Part shown: positions 47,601 to 58,224 of the stretch, one piece after another | Numbering within the stretch: position 1 is the first letter of the stretch | Layout of the letters: every line of letters begins with the position of its first letter | Virus record (IMG/VR): IMGVR_UViG_3300003310_000099 | Coordinates: 266,295 to 330,294 of that record | Strand: one strand, 5' to 3' | Length of the DNA: 64,000 nucleotides | From: a virus | Taxonomy: Duplodnaviria > Heunggongvirae > Uroviricota > Caudoviricetes | Translations under genes and position numbers: made by a program | Notes under the pieces: generated by a model | What the model was told of the DNA's origin: nothing | Databases searched by the model: none | The model's input: only the letters and a program-made list of their open reading frames with translations

Positions 47601-48695
47601 ATGAACACTCAAGAATATCTGCGTAACGGCAAGACGTTGGAAGACTTGACCTCTGAGTTTCACATCAACGTCACGAAGCACGATACGTTGCCGTTGGTCA
47701 TCCTGAACTACGATCAGATTGAGTCGCCTAAGACTCATCCGATTGTGCGGGAATGCCGTGGTTTGGTTCTCAACTCTGAGGACTATTCGCTGGTGGCGCG
47801 GGCTTTCGGACGGTTTTTCAATTGGGGTGAAGTGGCGGATGAGATGCCGTTGTTCGATTGGGATTCGTGCGTAGCTCACGAAAAGGTTGACGGTTCGCTG
47901 GTTCTCATCTACTACTTCGATGGACGTTGGCACGCGAATACGCGAGGCTCGTTCGCTGGTTGGCCGCTGTTCAACGATGAATATGTGGCGAAGTATTACG
48001 GTTTGCCGACGACGTTCAAGTGGTCCGATGGTTTCCTCAAGGCTTTAGGTGTCAATTCCCTTGAAGAGTTGAACCTTGACAAGTCGTTGACGTATGTATG
48101 CGAGTTTTGTTCGCTCTGGAACAAGGTAGTTCGGACGTACAATGAACCGTGTATGTATATGTTGACGCGGTTTGCGGGCATGGAGGAAATCGGGCCGACG
48201 TATCATCCGAACTTCAAGACGCTGGGGGCTTATCCGTTGAAGTCTGTACAGGATGTGCAGTCGTTTGTGATGGATCATCCCGAAGCGACTTTCGAGGGTG
48301 TAGTCGTCAAGGATGATGCGCACCGACGTTGGAAGTTGAAGAATCCGCGATACGTTGCGTTGCACCACATGAAGGGGAACGGTACGGAAATCTTCAAGCC
48401 TAAGAACTTGATGCCGTACATCCTCAAGAATGAGGGCGACGAATTGCTGACGTACTTCCCCGAAGTCAAGGATGTGTTTGCGGAGTACAAGGGCAAGGTT
48501 GACGATGCCTACAACGTCCTAGAAACGCTCTGGAAGGCGAATAAGGATATTCCCGTCCAAAAGGATTTTGCGTTGTCTATCGTGGGCAAGACGCCGTTTA
48601 CTTCAGTTCTGTTCAATCTCCGCAAGCAAGGGGGAACGTTGCGGGATGAATGGATGAAGCACGGGGATGGCATTCTGAAAGTGTTGTTCAAGTAG
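47601..48695 (+). CDS. RNA ligase, T4 Rnl1-like
   Basis: RECRGLVL, RFFNWGE, motif I EKVDGS, FEGVVV, RWKLK; leaderless ATG 21 nt after motif 47580. Confidence 0.88.
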   Translation: MNTQEYLRNGKTLEDLTSEFHINVTKHDTLPLVILNYDQIESPKTHPIVRECRGLVLNSEDYSLVARAFGRFFNWGEVADEMPLFDWDSCVAHEKVDGSLVLIYYFDGRWHANTRGSFAGWPLFNDEYVAKYYGLPTTFKWSDGFLKALGVNSLEELNLDKSLTYVCEFCSLWNKVVRTYNEPCMYMLTRFAGMEEIGPTYHPNFKTLGAYPLKSVQDVQSFVMDHPEATFEGVVVKDDAHRRWKLKNPRYVALHHMKGNGTEIFKPKNLMPYILKNEGDELLTYFPEVKDVFAEYKGKVDDAYNVLETLWKANKDIPVQKDFALSIVGKTPFTSVLFNLRKQGGTLRDEWMKHGDGILKVLFK

Positions 48696-51600
48696 TATCG
48701 AGGGCAGGGGAAAGCCAACCCTGCCCATTACCTTAGCTGTACCAAGGTGAATATGAAAACCAAAACAGTTTACGTCTGCGTCAAAGTCAAGGTGGAAATA
48801 CCCGACGTGCTTCCCGAAGACGTGGAGGATGCAGTCAACCTTGTAGTCAATGAACTTGACTACACCATGTCTTACGATCAGGATGGCATCAAGATCGTGG
48901 GCACGGAAATCATGGGCACGGTTGAGGCGGATTCAATTATCTAAGTCAGGGTATCGCCCACCCTGCTTAACCTTAGCTGTACCAAGTCCAATGCAACCAA
49001 ACTCATTGGAGTCAAGTATGTTTAACTTGATCGCAATCGCTGCCAGGTCACTTGGCCACCCGACCACTGGTGACTTCGCTTTCGCTCTATGGGAAATGTG
49101 CAGCGGCAACCGCCTGGACGTTCGGGACGCCAAGGCGTTGTATGAGGCGTGCGGTTATCTTCCTTTCAACGGGTATCCACTAACAAGGGCAACAAATGGG
49201 TTGGCAACGGAAACAGAACGACAAGCGTAAGCTGAACGGGCAAAAGGATTGGACGCGAGAACAAAAGGAACAGGTCAAGCGGTTTCTCAAACAGTATCCG
49301 CAAGGAGCGCAAGATGAACGACAGCAACGAAAAGCTGGATGATCTTTGGATTGACATTGGCGGCGAAGGCTAAATCTTAGCTGTACCAAGTAGAATGTAA
49401 CTCAAGTGAACCTTAATGAAAGGAAGCTATATTGCGTATAGTTTAGCCCAGAAGTAGCTCATTAGTTGGAAGTGGGACTAATGAGTGTGGGGCCTTACCA
49501 CTACTAGCTTTCTCTTACCTGGAGCAACCATGTTGAAGATTTACACTCAGGACCACGGTTACAGTGGCATGATTGTTGCAGTCGCCAAGAATGAGGCGGA
49601 TGCAAGGAAGATCATGAAAGCTGCCGCCAACTACTATGAACATACGCCAGTTGAGGAACATGAAATCAAGGAAGGTTTCATGGAATACAATATGGGTGAC
49701 GGCTAAACCTTAGCTGTACCTAGTTAATTGTAACCTAACTGGAGCCAACACATGGCGAAGCTGACGAATGCGGAACGGGAACAGTGGATCAACAACGATG
49801 AGGGTCTGTATGACTGGAAACGGTCGTCAAGGCTCTCAATGCGGGAGTTCATCAAGCAGAACAAGGAAGAGATTGACCAGTGCATCAACAACGTGCTGGG
49901 CAACAAACAGCCTGCCCATTACCTCAAGTATGGGCGCTACCCTACATGGCGGTAGCATCAATCCCAACGCTTGGAGTTCATCCCGTGGAAAACGAATTCG
50001 ATCTTTACATCATCATGGCACACGCTGAACATTTGCGGCGTCAGTTGCTGAACAACGAAAAGCCCGATGCGTGGCGTATCAAGCGGCTGAGTGAATTGGC
50101 TCAAAACATCGAACGCGAGTACGATGAGCAATACCAAAAGTGGTGCGATGAGCAAGAGCTTAGCTGTACCGAGTGAGTTGTGATAACTCAAGCGGAGAGT
50201 ACCATGAAGCTGGACCCGACTGGTTGCATCGACACGAACAACGGCAAGGGTTACTTTCAGGTCCGCGACAATTGGGAAGGCAACGGCTATCGCCTCTACT
50301 TCGGGGGCGATAGGTATGTCTCTCAGGTGGACGGTGAAATCAATGGCAAGGTTTACCGTACCATTAAGGCGGCAAAAGCTGATTGCTTCCGTCGCTTCAA
50401 GCTAGAAGCGAAGCGTGTCTATGACTGATGCCTTCAAGTCTATAGATAAACTCTGTAGACTTTATGGCACTAACTTCTACATTCAAGTTTCCGAGTGTTC
50501 CATTGGCATCTACAACGTGCCAGATGATGACTTCCATATCTTCACTTGGAGCGAAAATCGCTATGTTCTGACCAACATACAAGACTATATCCCCAATTGG
50601 CTATCCAACAAAGTGGGGATATAGCCTAGCTGTACCAAGTCCATTGTAATTCAAATCACTTTGGAGAATGGTCATGACTGACAGCGTTGCCAAGATTGCC
50701 CGTGTCAACCCGACCTTGGCCAACAAGATCAACGCACAATTCACCTTCCTCACCAATGAGGACATTGCCGAAGTCGAGAAAATCGACCGCATGATGATGG
50801 TGCTGGTGCGTTGCGGCAATGGCCGATTCGTCTGCCCCGTTCAGAACGCACTACACTTCTGCAACATCATCGACAAGGAAGGCACCGACTACGTTCGGGA
50901 TATGAGCTTCCCAAGTAATGGGTAGAACAGGGTTCGCCCACCCTGCTTAAACCTTAGCTGTACTGAGTGTAATGTAACTCATTCAGGAGGACTTCAATGG
51001 CTCAGTGCTGCGGCGAAGAAATGTACAAGGACTGCAACGGCCAACCGCGTTGTGAACAGTGCCAACCGCCGTGTCCGTGTTGCTATGATGGCGGCATGGA
51101 TGACCAAGAGGAAGAAGAAGAATTTTGGCTGACGTGTCTGGATGAGATGGATGCACGATACCGTAAAGGAACGAAAAATGGAAACTCCGCTCCAGAAGCT
51201 GCCATTCGATGAAGCCCTGTACCAGACATTCAATTTCGTTAGCAAAATGTCTGAGTCAATGGATGCTACGTTTACTGATGATGAACGGGCAGCTGTCAAG
51301 ATCACTTCACGCATACTCGCCCAAATGGTTGTGGAAATGCACGACGATACCTTAGCTGTACCTAGTAAGTTGTAACCCAACCCCAAACGGAGAGTGCCAT
51401 GTACGAAGTCATCCACAAGGGTCGCAGCTTGTTCCGCAACGTCAGCATCGAGCGTTGCCGTCAGTTCATCGCACGGCACAATCTCAGTGGGGCTATCATT
51501 CAGCCCCTCAGTCAAATGTTGGCTGCTTAACTCCAGGGTTCGCCCCCCCTGCGCCACATCTATTAAGGAGCCAAACATGTATGAGGGTGAAGCCGATTAC

Positions 51601-52260
51601 GTTCCCTACTTCTGGGAACGCAAGACACCAGTGCAGACCGTTGGCAAGGTGCGTATCTACCTTGTCCAAGACGAAGCTGCACAATTCGATGATCTGATGG
51701 GACGAAGCCAACTCAACTTGGCCGAATGTTCCAACGGCAAGGTCATGGAAATAGCTTAGCTGTACCTAGTTAATTGTAACCTTACTCTGGAGCAAACACA
51801 TGCAGGTACATCTTTACGGCAAGCCTCTGGTTGAGGGGAAGACTGTGACGCTGGACCATACGGTTCAGAAGTTCGAGATTCTGATTCGCTCCATGAGTGG
51901 GGTTCATGCACAACGCTTGAAAGACCTCATTCAGAAGCAGTTTGAGGTCGTCAAGATCAAGGAAGTGGACAGCATTTCTTACGTCATCTAAGGGGCAGGG
52001 TCGCCCACCCTGCTTAAACCTTACGGAGTCCTACCATGAAGATCATTGCTGCCTACAACAAGTACACCAAGGAAGCCTTGACCAACGAACAGCGGGAAGC
52101 TGACATGGAGGCACTACTTGAGGCACATGAAGAAGAAGTGAAAACCAACCCCACATGGAAGTATTTCGGGGGGCATCATCGAGCTAGGCGACCACGAATA
52201 CCAAGTGTGCTAAACCTTAGCTGTACTGAGTACAGTGTAACCCCAACACTTGGAGCAAAC

Positions 52261-52626
52261 ATGGACAAGCATTTGCAAGAGCGTATCGACCGTTTCGTGC
52301 AGGCCGCTGATCGGTGCGTGGAAACCTACTGGACGAACAGTGGCTACACCCACATGTCACCGCCCAAACATCGCGCCAACGAGATTAGCGACAAATGGGT
52401 GCGAGTTGTGACGGTCGAAGAACGCAATGGCGTTTGGCAGGATTCGAGCGTCTACGCCTTCATCTGCCTCAAGGACTATTCGACCAAGGCTTTAGGTCAA
52501 CTCAAGAAGGGCGACATTCACAAACCAGCGACCTACAAGGCCGCTGCGAAGCACGCAAGGGGCAACGTGTTCGACAACGATTTTGAGAAGTGCCTGACGC
52601 CGTGGGGTATCGTCTACTTGAAGTAA
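52261..52626 (+). CDS. Hypothetical phage protein
   Basis: KGDIHKPATYKAAAKHARGNVF; GGAG RBS after motif 52216. Confidence 0.75.
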   Translation: MDKHLQERIDRFVQAADRCVETYWTNSGYTHMSPPKHRANEISDKWVRVVTVEERNGVWQDSSVYAFICLKDYSTKALGQLKKGDIHKPATYKAAAKHARGNVFDNDFEKCLTPWGIVYLK

Positions 52627-53960
52627 GGGGCAGGGTCGCCCACCCTGCTTAAACCTTAGCTGTACCGAGTAGAGTATGAACAAACAAGAATACGCTGAGT
52701 ATGAGGCACGGGTAGCCGAGTTCTTCAGCCACGGTTTGGCTAACTTGTCAACCAAGTCGGATTGCCATGAACCGTTCTTTTCGTGGCGTCCGTGTCAGTG
52801 CTGCGGGACACACTTAGGCGGCAATCGCTATGAGTGTGACGGGTACAATGAGAAGACAAAGGAAGTCGAAGAGTACGACAACATTTGCGAAGACTGCGTA
52901 TATTACGCAGAATACGGGCAGCTTGACGATACCACTATGGCCAATCTGGAGTAACCATGAAACTCAGCGAAGCTATCCACAAGCTGCAATATACGCTCAA
53001 TCTCCACGGCGATAAGGAAATGAAACAGTGGAAGTATAGCGACGGCAAGGTACAGTCTGTGCCCGTCAAGCTGGAAGTAGCCGAAAACCCCGAAGATGAT
53101 ACCATCGGCGTCATCCTCAGTGCCGAATAACCTTAGCTGTACCGAGTAAAGCATGAACACATCACTTGAAAAGAAGATCAATCATAAGCGGCGTTTGCGT
53201 GTGCTGCGTGAGAGACTTCGCAAGCTGCTGCTCCAATACTACGTTCATTCGGACGCGGGCAAGCTGGAGAAGCATGTTCGTGTGATGAACAAGCTCCGCA
53301 AGGCAATCAGAAAGCTTAGCTGTACCAAGTAGGTTGTAATCACCCTTACTGGAGTCAGCCATGCAAGACCACGTTCTCGACAACTGCCTCATTCATCAGA
53401 AAGATGCCATTATCGACCTCATCGACAGTGGCAAGCACGATGAGGCGATAACGCTGCTCAAGTTCGTCAAGGAACTGTGGGAAGCCGCGAGCTACGACTA
53501 CAAGTACAGAGAACTCAAGGAGCGCGGCGTCAGAGCGGCGGATAACCGAGAGAACTGCCGCCACTGGAAGCACGTCCAGTCACTCACGGCCATTCAGAAC
53601 AAGTATCGTTCACTGTAAGGGGTGGATAGGGGAGAAAGCCAATCCCCTTATCCTGCTGATACCTTAGCTGTACCTAGTGCAGTATAACCCTTACTGGAGA
53701 AGACACATGAAGGTTTGCCAGAAGTGCGGGGATGAGATTGGCACCAAGGACGGGGACAACTATTGTGGCAAGTGCCACAAGAAGAAGGATGCGGCCAAGA
53801 GACGGAAGGAACGGGAAGACGTGTTGCGTAGTTGTGGGTTGGTGAAGGTGCGTGGGGCAATGGGTGGAACCTATTGGGAATAACCCAATAGGTCGCCCAA
53901 CCCAGCATAGCTTAGCTGTACCAAGTGCATTGTGACAGTCAAACCCCTGGAGTCAGTGCA

Positions 53961-54317
53961 ATGCGGTATTTCATCAAGTTGGCCAAGAAGAACGACCGTG
54001 GCGAACCCGTCAACACGGGTTGGTATGAAGAGGTGGATGAGTACACGTTCAAGAACGCCAAGTATGCGCTCAACGATTGCGGCGATGGTCCGCGTTACAC
54101 GAACGACGCTGTGATGGTGGACGGCGATGAGGTCACTGCACGGTTGGTCGCAGCCCCAATACGGGACTTGGCCATTCTGACGCGATACTTTCAGGCGTCG
54201 GAACCGAACAAGGTGGAAGGCGGTTTCGTCCGCGAGCAACCGAGTATCAAGTTCAACATTCGCGGCAAGATCAAGCTGCGTGAGAAGGACGGTAGCATCT
54301 GGAGCAAAGCAGCGTAA
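53961..54317 (+). CDS. Hypothetical protein
   Basis: Single-gene unit with GGAG RBS, followed by the TCGCCC hairpin. Confidence 0.7.
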   Translation: MRYFIKLAKKNDRGEPVNTGWYEEVDEYTFKNAKYALNDCGDGPRYTNDAVMVDGDEVTARLVAAPIRDLAILTRYFQASEPNKVEGGFVREQPSIKFNIRGKIKLREKDGSIWSKAA

Positions 54318-54970
54318 ACCAACAGGGTCGCCCACCCTGCTTTACCTTAGCTGTACGGAGTGGAGTATGAGCTACCTTCGTCACATGCGGACTACTGCTG
54401 AATGCCGCGCTGAAAGCGGGGCCGAAGAACAAGGCGTCAAGGTGCGTGCGAAGCGTAATCGCCGCAATATCCCCAACGCTTGGGACGACGTGCCTCATGC
54501 CCGTCGCCACAAGTGCGACCGCCACAAGGATCATCGTCGCTAACGGGCGGGTGTACGGTCTGGCGGCGGGGGCCGTCAGCGTAAGGTAGGCAAACCTACA
54601 CCGTACACCTGCCCAAAAGTACAAAGCTTAGCTGTACCTAGTATAGTGTAATCACCCTTACTGGAGACAGCCATGCACGCTACCACCGAACGCAAGAAGT
54701 CCAACAAGAACGATTTCACCGTCACCACGACGGTCAAGGATCGCGCCATTCACATCCAGACCATCATTATGATGGCAGCAAGGTCCAACCGCGAACCCGA
54801 TAAGCGCCGCAAGCTGCGGGAACGCGACGACCGCCGCATGAGGGACTGATGAGCGAACAAGAAATTGCCGACTGGCTCGCAGAACTACGCGAGTCAGTCG
54901 GCACCAGACCCCAAGGATAGCTTAGCTGTACCAAGTAGGTTGTAACCAACACCCTTACTGGAGAGTACAC

Positions 54971-55354
54971 ATGACCGCTACCGTGTCCCTCAGCTGCGAA
55001 CGCTACTTCCCCGAAACCAACAAGCGGGGCAAGAATGGCAAGCTGCAACGCATTTGCATCGACGTGCGCAAGATGCAGATTCGCGGCGACTTCATCACCA
55101 CGACGGGCTTTGAGGTCAACTACCTCAAGCGGGGCGGCGAATTCCGCTTCTACGTCAAGAGCATCGTCAAGCCTGTCAAGTCGATATGGCAGGAATTGAA
55201 CACCCGTCCGCAACCCATTATCCCGAAGTGGGAGCGGGAAGGCAACTACAGTCGGGATGAATTCGTGGCGTGGCTCAAGGCACGCCGTATCCAAAACGCC
55301 GAAAGCCTTGTCATCGCTCTGATGACGATGCCCCCCGAAAACTTGGCAGCGTAG
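54971..55354 (+). CDS. Hypothetical protein
   Basis: Single-gene unit with CTTACTGGAG leader. Confidence 0.75.
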   Translation: MTATVSLSCERYFPETNKRGKNGKLQRICIDVRKMQIRGDFITTTGFEVNYLKRGGEFRFYVKSIVKPVKSIWQELNTRPQPIIPKWEREGNYSRDEFVAWLKARRIQNAESLVIALMTMPPENLAA

Positions 55355-55580
55355 CCAACAGGGTCGCCCACCCTGCATAGCCCATAGCTTAGCTGTACCA
55401 AGTAGAGTGTAACCAACACTCAGGAGTCAGCACATGCGGGCCAAACATCGTAACGACCACAATCATGGCAAGAGCGGTTGGGTCGGTGGCAATCCACGTT
55501 ATGGCCGTAAACGTGGCTTCCGCAAGTCCGATCAACCCAAAGACAAAGCCGCCTGGAAACGCGAAGTCAAGTAAGGGGTG

Positions 55581-55610
55581 AGACAGGGGACTGCCAACCC
55601 TGTCTTTTTT
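55581..55610 (+). terminator. Intrinsic terminator
   Basis: AGACAGGG/CCCTGTCT stem followed by a T-tract. Confidence 0.8.
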
Positions 55611-55615
55611 CGTTT

Positions 55616-55856
55616 CAACCTAAACTCAGTACAGCTAAGCTTTTACACCTCCATACTGTACAAAGTGCTTCACCTCTCAAATGCGATTAAATGCGTTTTA
55701 AGCCACTCTGAGGTCAAGGTGACTCTCGACCCACTTAACCCATTTGAATCGCTTCTAGGGCCATCCTAGCGTCAGCAAATGGCATCCGCGAATCCAATCC
55801 CGAATGTTCAAAGACCGCACCGAATCCTACCCTAATTAAGCTTAGCTGTACCGAGT
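55616..55856. repeat. Non-coding element of about 240 bp, copy 1, bounded by outward-facing 16-bp motifs
   Basis: Inverted motif 55624-55639, direct motif 55841-55856; colinear with 57945-58186. Confidence 0.92.
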
Positions 55857-56179
55857 ATATTGTTCTAAACCACCCCATACTGGAGAACACGAACATGCGT
55901 TGCGAAGATGCCCCGTGCTGCGGTTGCTGCCCGTCCTACTACGATCACGACGCCTACGATGACATGGAGCAGTACGACGACCGCGACGACGCACGGTACG
56001 ACGACGTTGAGGAAGACCACATCCTTGAGCAGCAGGAGCTTGAGGACTTCGAGCAGGCCGACGAATACTTCGGCCACTACAACGATTGGGAGTAGGGGGA
56101 AGGGGTCGCCCACCCCTTTATAATAAGTTTACCTTAGCTGTACCTAGTCCAGTGTAACGCTTCTTACTGGAGTGCAGCA

Positions 56180-56665
56180 ATGCTGACCGTCACCGAACTC
56201 CGCGACAATCTGATGGCCCTGAAGGGCGCAGCGATCATCACGATTGAGGCCGAGACGGAGCCTCAGATGCGCAAGACGGATAACCCCTACGTTGGCACCG
56301 TCAAGGTGTCAAGCGTCAACGGCGTCATCAACTGGATTTACGAGATTGCCGTCAACAACCAACGGCTGCGGGAAGACAAGGAAGCAGACTTCGTTGCCTT
56401 CCCCCGTAAGTGGGGCAAACGCATCAAGGGCACCCCACTGGTGGAACACAAAGGCAAGTTCTACCTTGAAATGAAGGTGCAGAGCGCCAAAGCCAAGTAC
56501 GTTCACGGCGATGCCGAGATTGCCGTAAGTGAGCTAATCCCCTACTTCTACGAACGGGGCAAGTCTCGTCAAGGCGTCGATAAGGAAGTCATCCTACGGG
56601 ACTACGCTCTTGAGAACATCAAGGGCATTCGCTGGGGTGGCGAACTCATCAAGGTAGGGGCATGA
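56180..56665 (+). CDS. Hypothetical phage protein
   Basis: Single-gene unit with CTTACTGGAG leader. Confidence 0.8.
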   Translation: MLTVTELRDNLMALKGAAIITIEAETEPQMRKTDNPYVGTVKVSSVNGVINWIYEIAVNNQRLREDKEADFVAFPRKWGKRIKGTPLVEHKGKFYLEMKVQSAKAKYVHGDAEIAVSELIPYFYERGKSRQGVDKEVILRDYALENIKGIRWGGELIKVGA

Positions 56666-56980
56666 TGCCCTAATTAGGATAGCTTAGCTGTACCTAGTAC
56701 AGTGTTCCTCAACCCCTGGAGACGCACATGACTCTACACTGCATCCTCTGCGGCGAAGAAGCGGCCTTGACGCTGAATCTGCAAGATGGGGAAACCGTGT
56801 CTTGTCCCGAATGCGGGAACGACTTCACGACCGCCGACGTGAAGGAACGCATCGAAGAGTGGACGCAGGCGTTAGCCTGGATCAACAACATGCCCAAGTA
56901 ATGGGCATGGTCGCCCTAATTAGGATAGCTTAGCTGTACCTAGTAGAGTGTAATCACCACCACCTTACTGGAGAGTACAC

Positions 56981-57346
56981 ATGGGCGTCCGTCTCTACCC
57001 GAACACGACCAACGCGGCGAAGCTGGAGAAGTTGGCTGGTGTCCCCGAAGGGACGCACAAGCGGATGGAAGACATGGCAAAGCGGCACGCGGAGGAACGC
57101 GCTGCGGCCACCAACTGGAACGAGTACGAAGACGGCTACCGCCAATGGAAGGAACGGGACAACGACGGTCCTATTGGCGACTTGGACGCCTTCCTTACCT
57201 TCGGGTGGGGCAAGTTCCGCCCAATCGACGGCATCGGGGAGGATTACGCGGGCAACGAGAGCGACCCACAACGGGCCGCGAAGCTGCTCCGATACAACGG
57301 TATCGGGGTGGACGTGAGCCTAACGGAAGGCGTCCACTGGTGCTAG
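56981..57346 (+). CDS. Hypothetical protein
   Basis: Single-gene unit with CTTACTGGAG leader; terminator at 57352-57377. Confidence 0.75.
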   Translation: MGVRLYPNTTNAAKLEKLAGVPEGTHKRMEDMAKRHAEERAAATNWNEYEDGYRQWKERDNDGPIGDLDAFLTFGWGKFRPIDGIGEDYAGNESDPQRAAKLLRYNGIGVDVSLTEGVHWC

Positions 57347-57915
57347 TGGACAGGGGGCGAAAGCCCCCTTTTCTTTTATACAACCATTACCTTAGCTGTA
57401 CCTAGTGGAGTGTCCCCCCTTCACTACTGGAGCCGCACGATGACGCTGAAACAGCAGCTGGAAAAGTTCGATGCGCAGGCCGACACCTACGCCAAGGCCA
57501 CGAAGGAGCCTTGGGAGTGCGAGAGCTACGCTGAATGGGTGGCTTCGCTGCCCGAAGAAGAACAACCTTATGAAAATGAGTAACACGGGCATCGCCCGCC
57601 CTAATTAGGATAGCTTAGCTGTACCTAGTAAGTTGTTCCAACCAACCCCATACGGAGACACGCACATGGCCACCGTCATCGCTTCCAACCTCACCGCCGT
57701 TGTCGTCTACCGCGTCGAGAAGACGCTGGGGCCGAATGGCCGCGTCAAGCAGCTGACCGACGTGACGATCAAGGCGGGGCCGCTCACGGTCGCCACCAAG
57801 ACGCTCTGGGGCCGCTACAGTCAGAGCAAGGCTCTGGTGGAGTTCAAGCGGAACCCCAAGGGCTGGACGGTGCTGGATGCCGCCGCGTCCAAGTTGCCGA
57901 TTGCGGCCTAACGAG

Positions 57916-57940
57916 AAGGGGGCTTCGGCCCCCTTTTTTT
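57916..57940 (+). terminator. Intrinsic terminator
   Basis: GGGGGC-TTCG-GCCCCC followed by T7. Confidence 0.85.
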
Positions 57941-57944
57941 ATTC

Positions 57945-58186
57945 CAACCTAAACTCGGTACAGCTAAGTTTTATGTAAAGATTACTGTACATAAGTGCTT
58001 CATGGCTAGAATGCGATTAAATGCGTTTTAAGCCACTCTAAGGTCAAGGTGACTCTCGACCCATTTGAGCAATCTAAACGCCTTCTAGGGCCATCCTAGT
58101 GTCAGCAAATGGCATTCGCAAAGGCAAACCCAAGAGGCAAACCGACTGGCCCAATCCTACCCTAATTAAGCTTAGCTGTACCTAGT
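57945..58186. repeat. Non-coding element of about 240 bp, copy 2, bounded by outward-facing 16-bp motifs
   Basis: Inverted motif 57953-57968, direct motif 58171-58186. Confidence 0.92.
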
Positions 58187-58224
58187 AAGTTGTAAGATTC
58201 ACCCCCCTTACTGGAGAGACGGCC

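Larger units (their letters stand above)
41432..56117 (+). repeat. Dispersed hairpin CAGGG-(T)TCGCCCA-CCCTG, about 13 copies, usually just upstream of the 16-bp motif
   Basis: Copies at about 41432, 43260, 47008, 47552, 48947, 50928, 51534, 51996, 52631, 53890, 54323, 55359, 56101. Confidence 0.9.
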
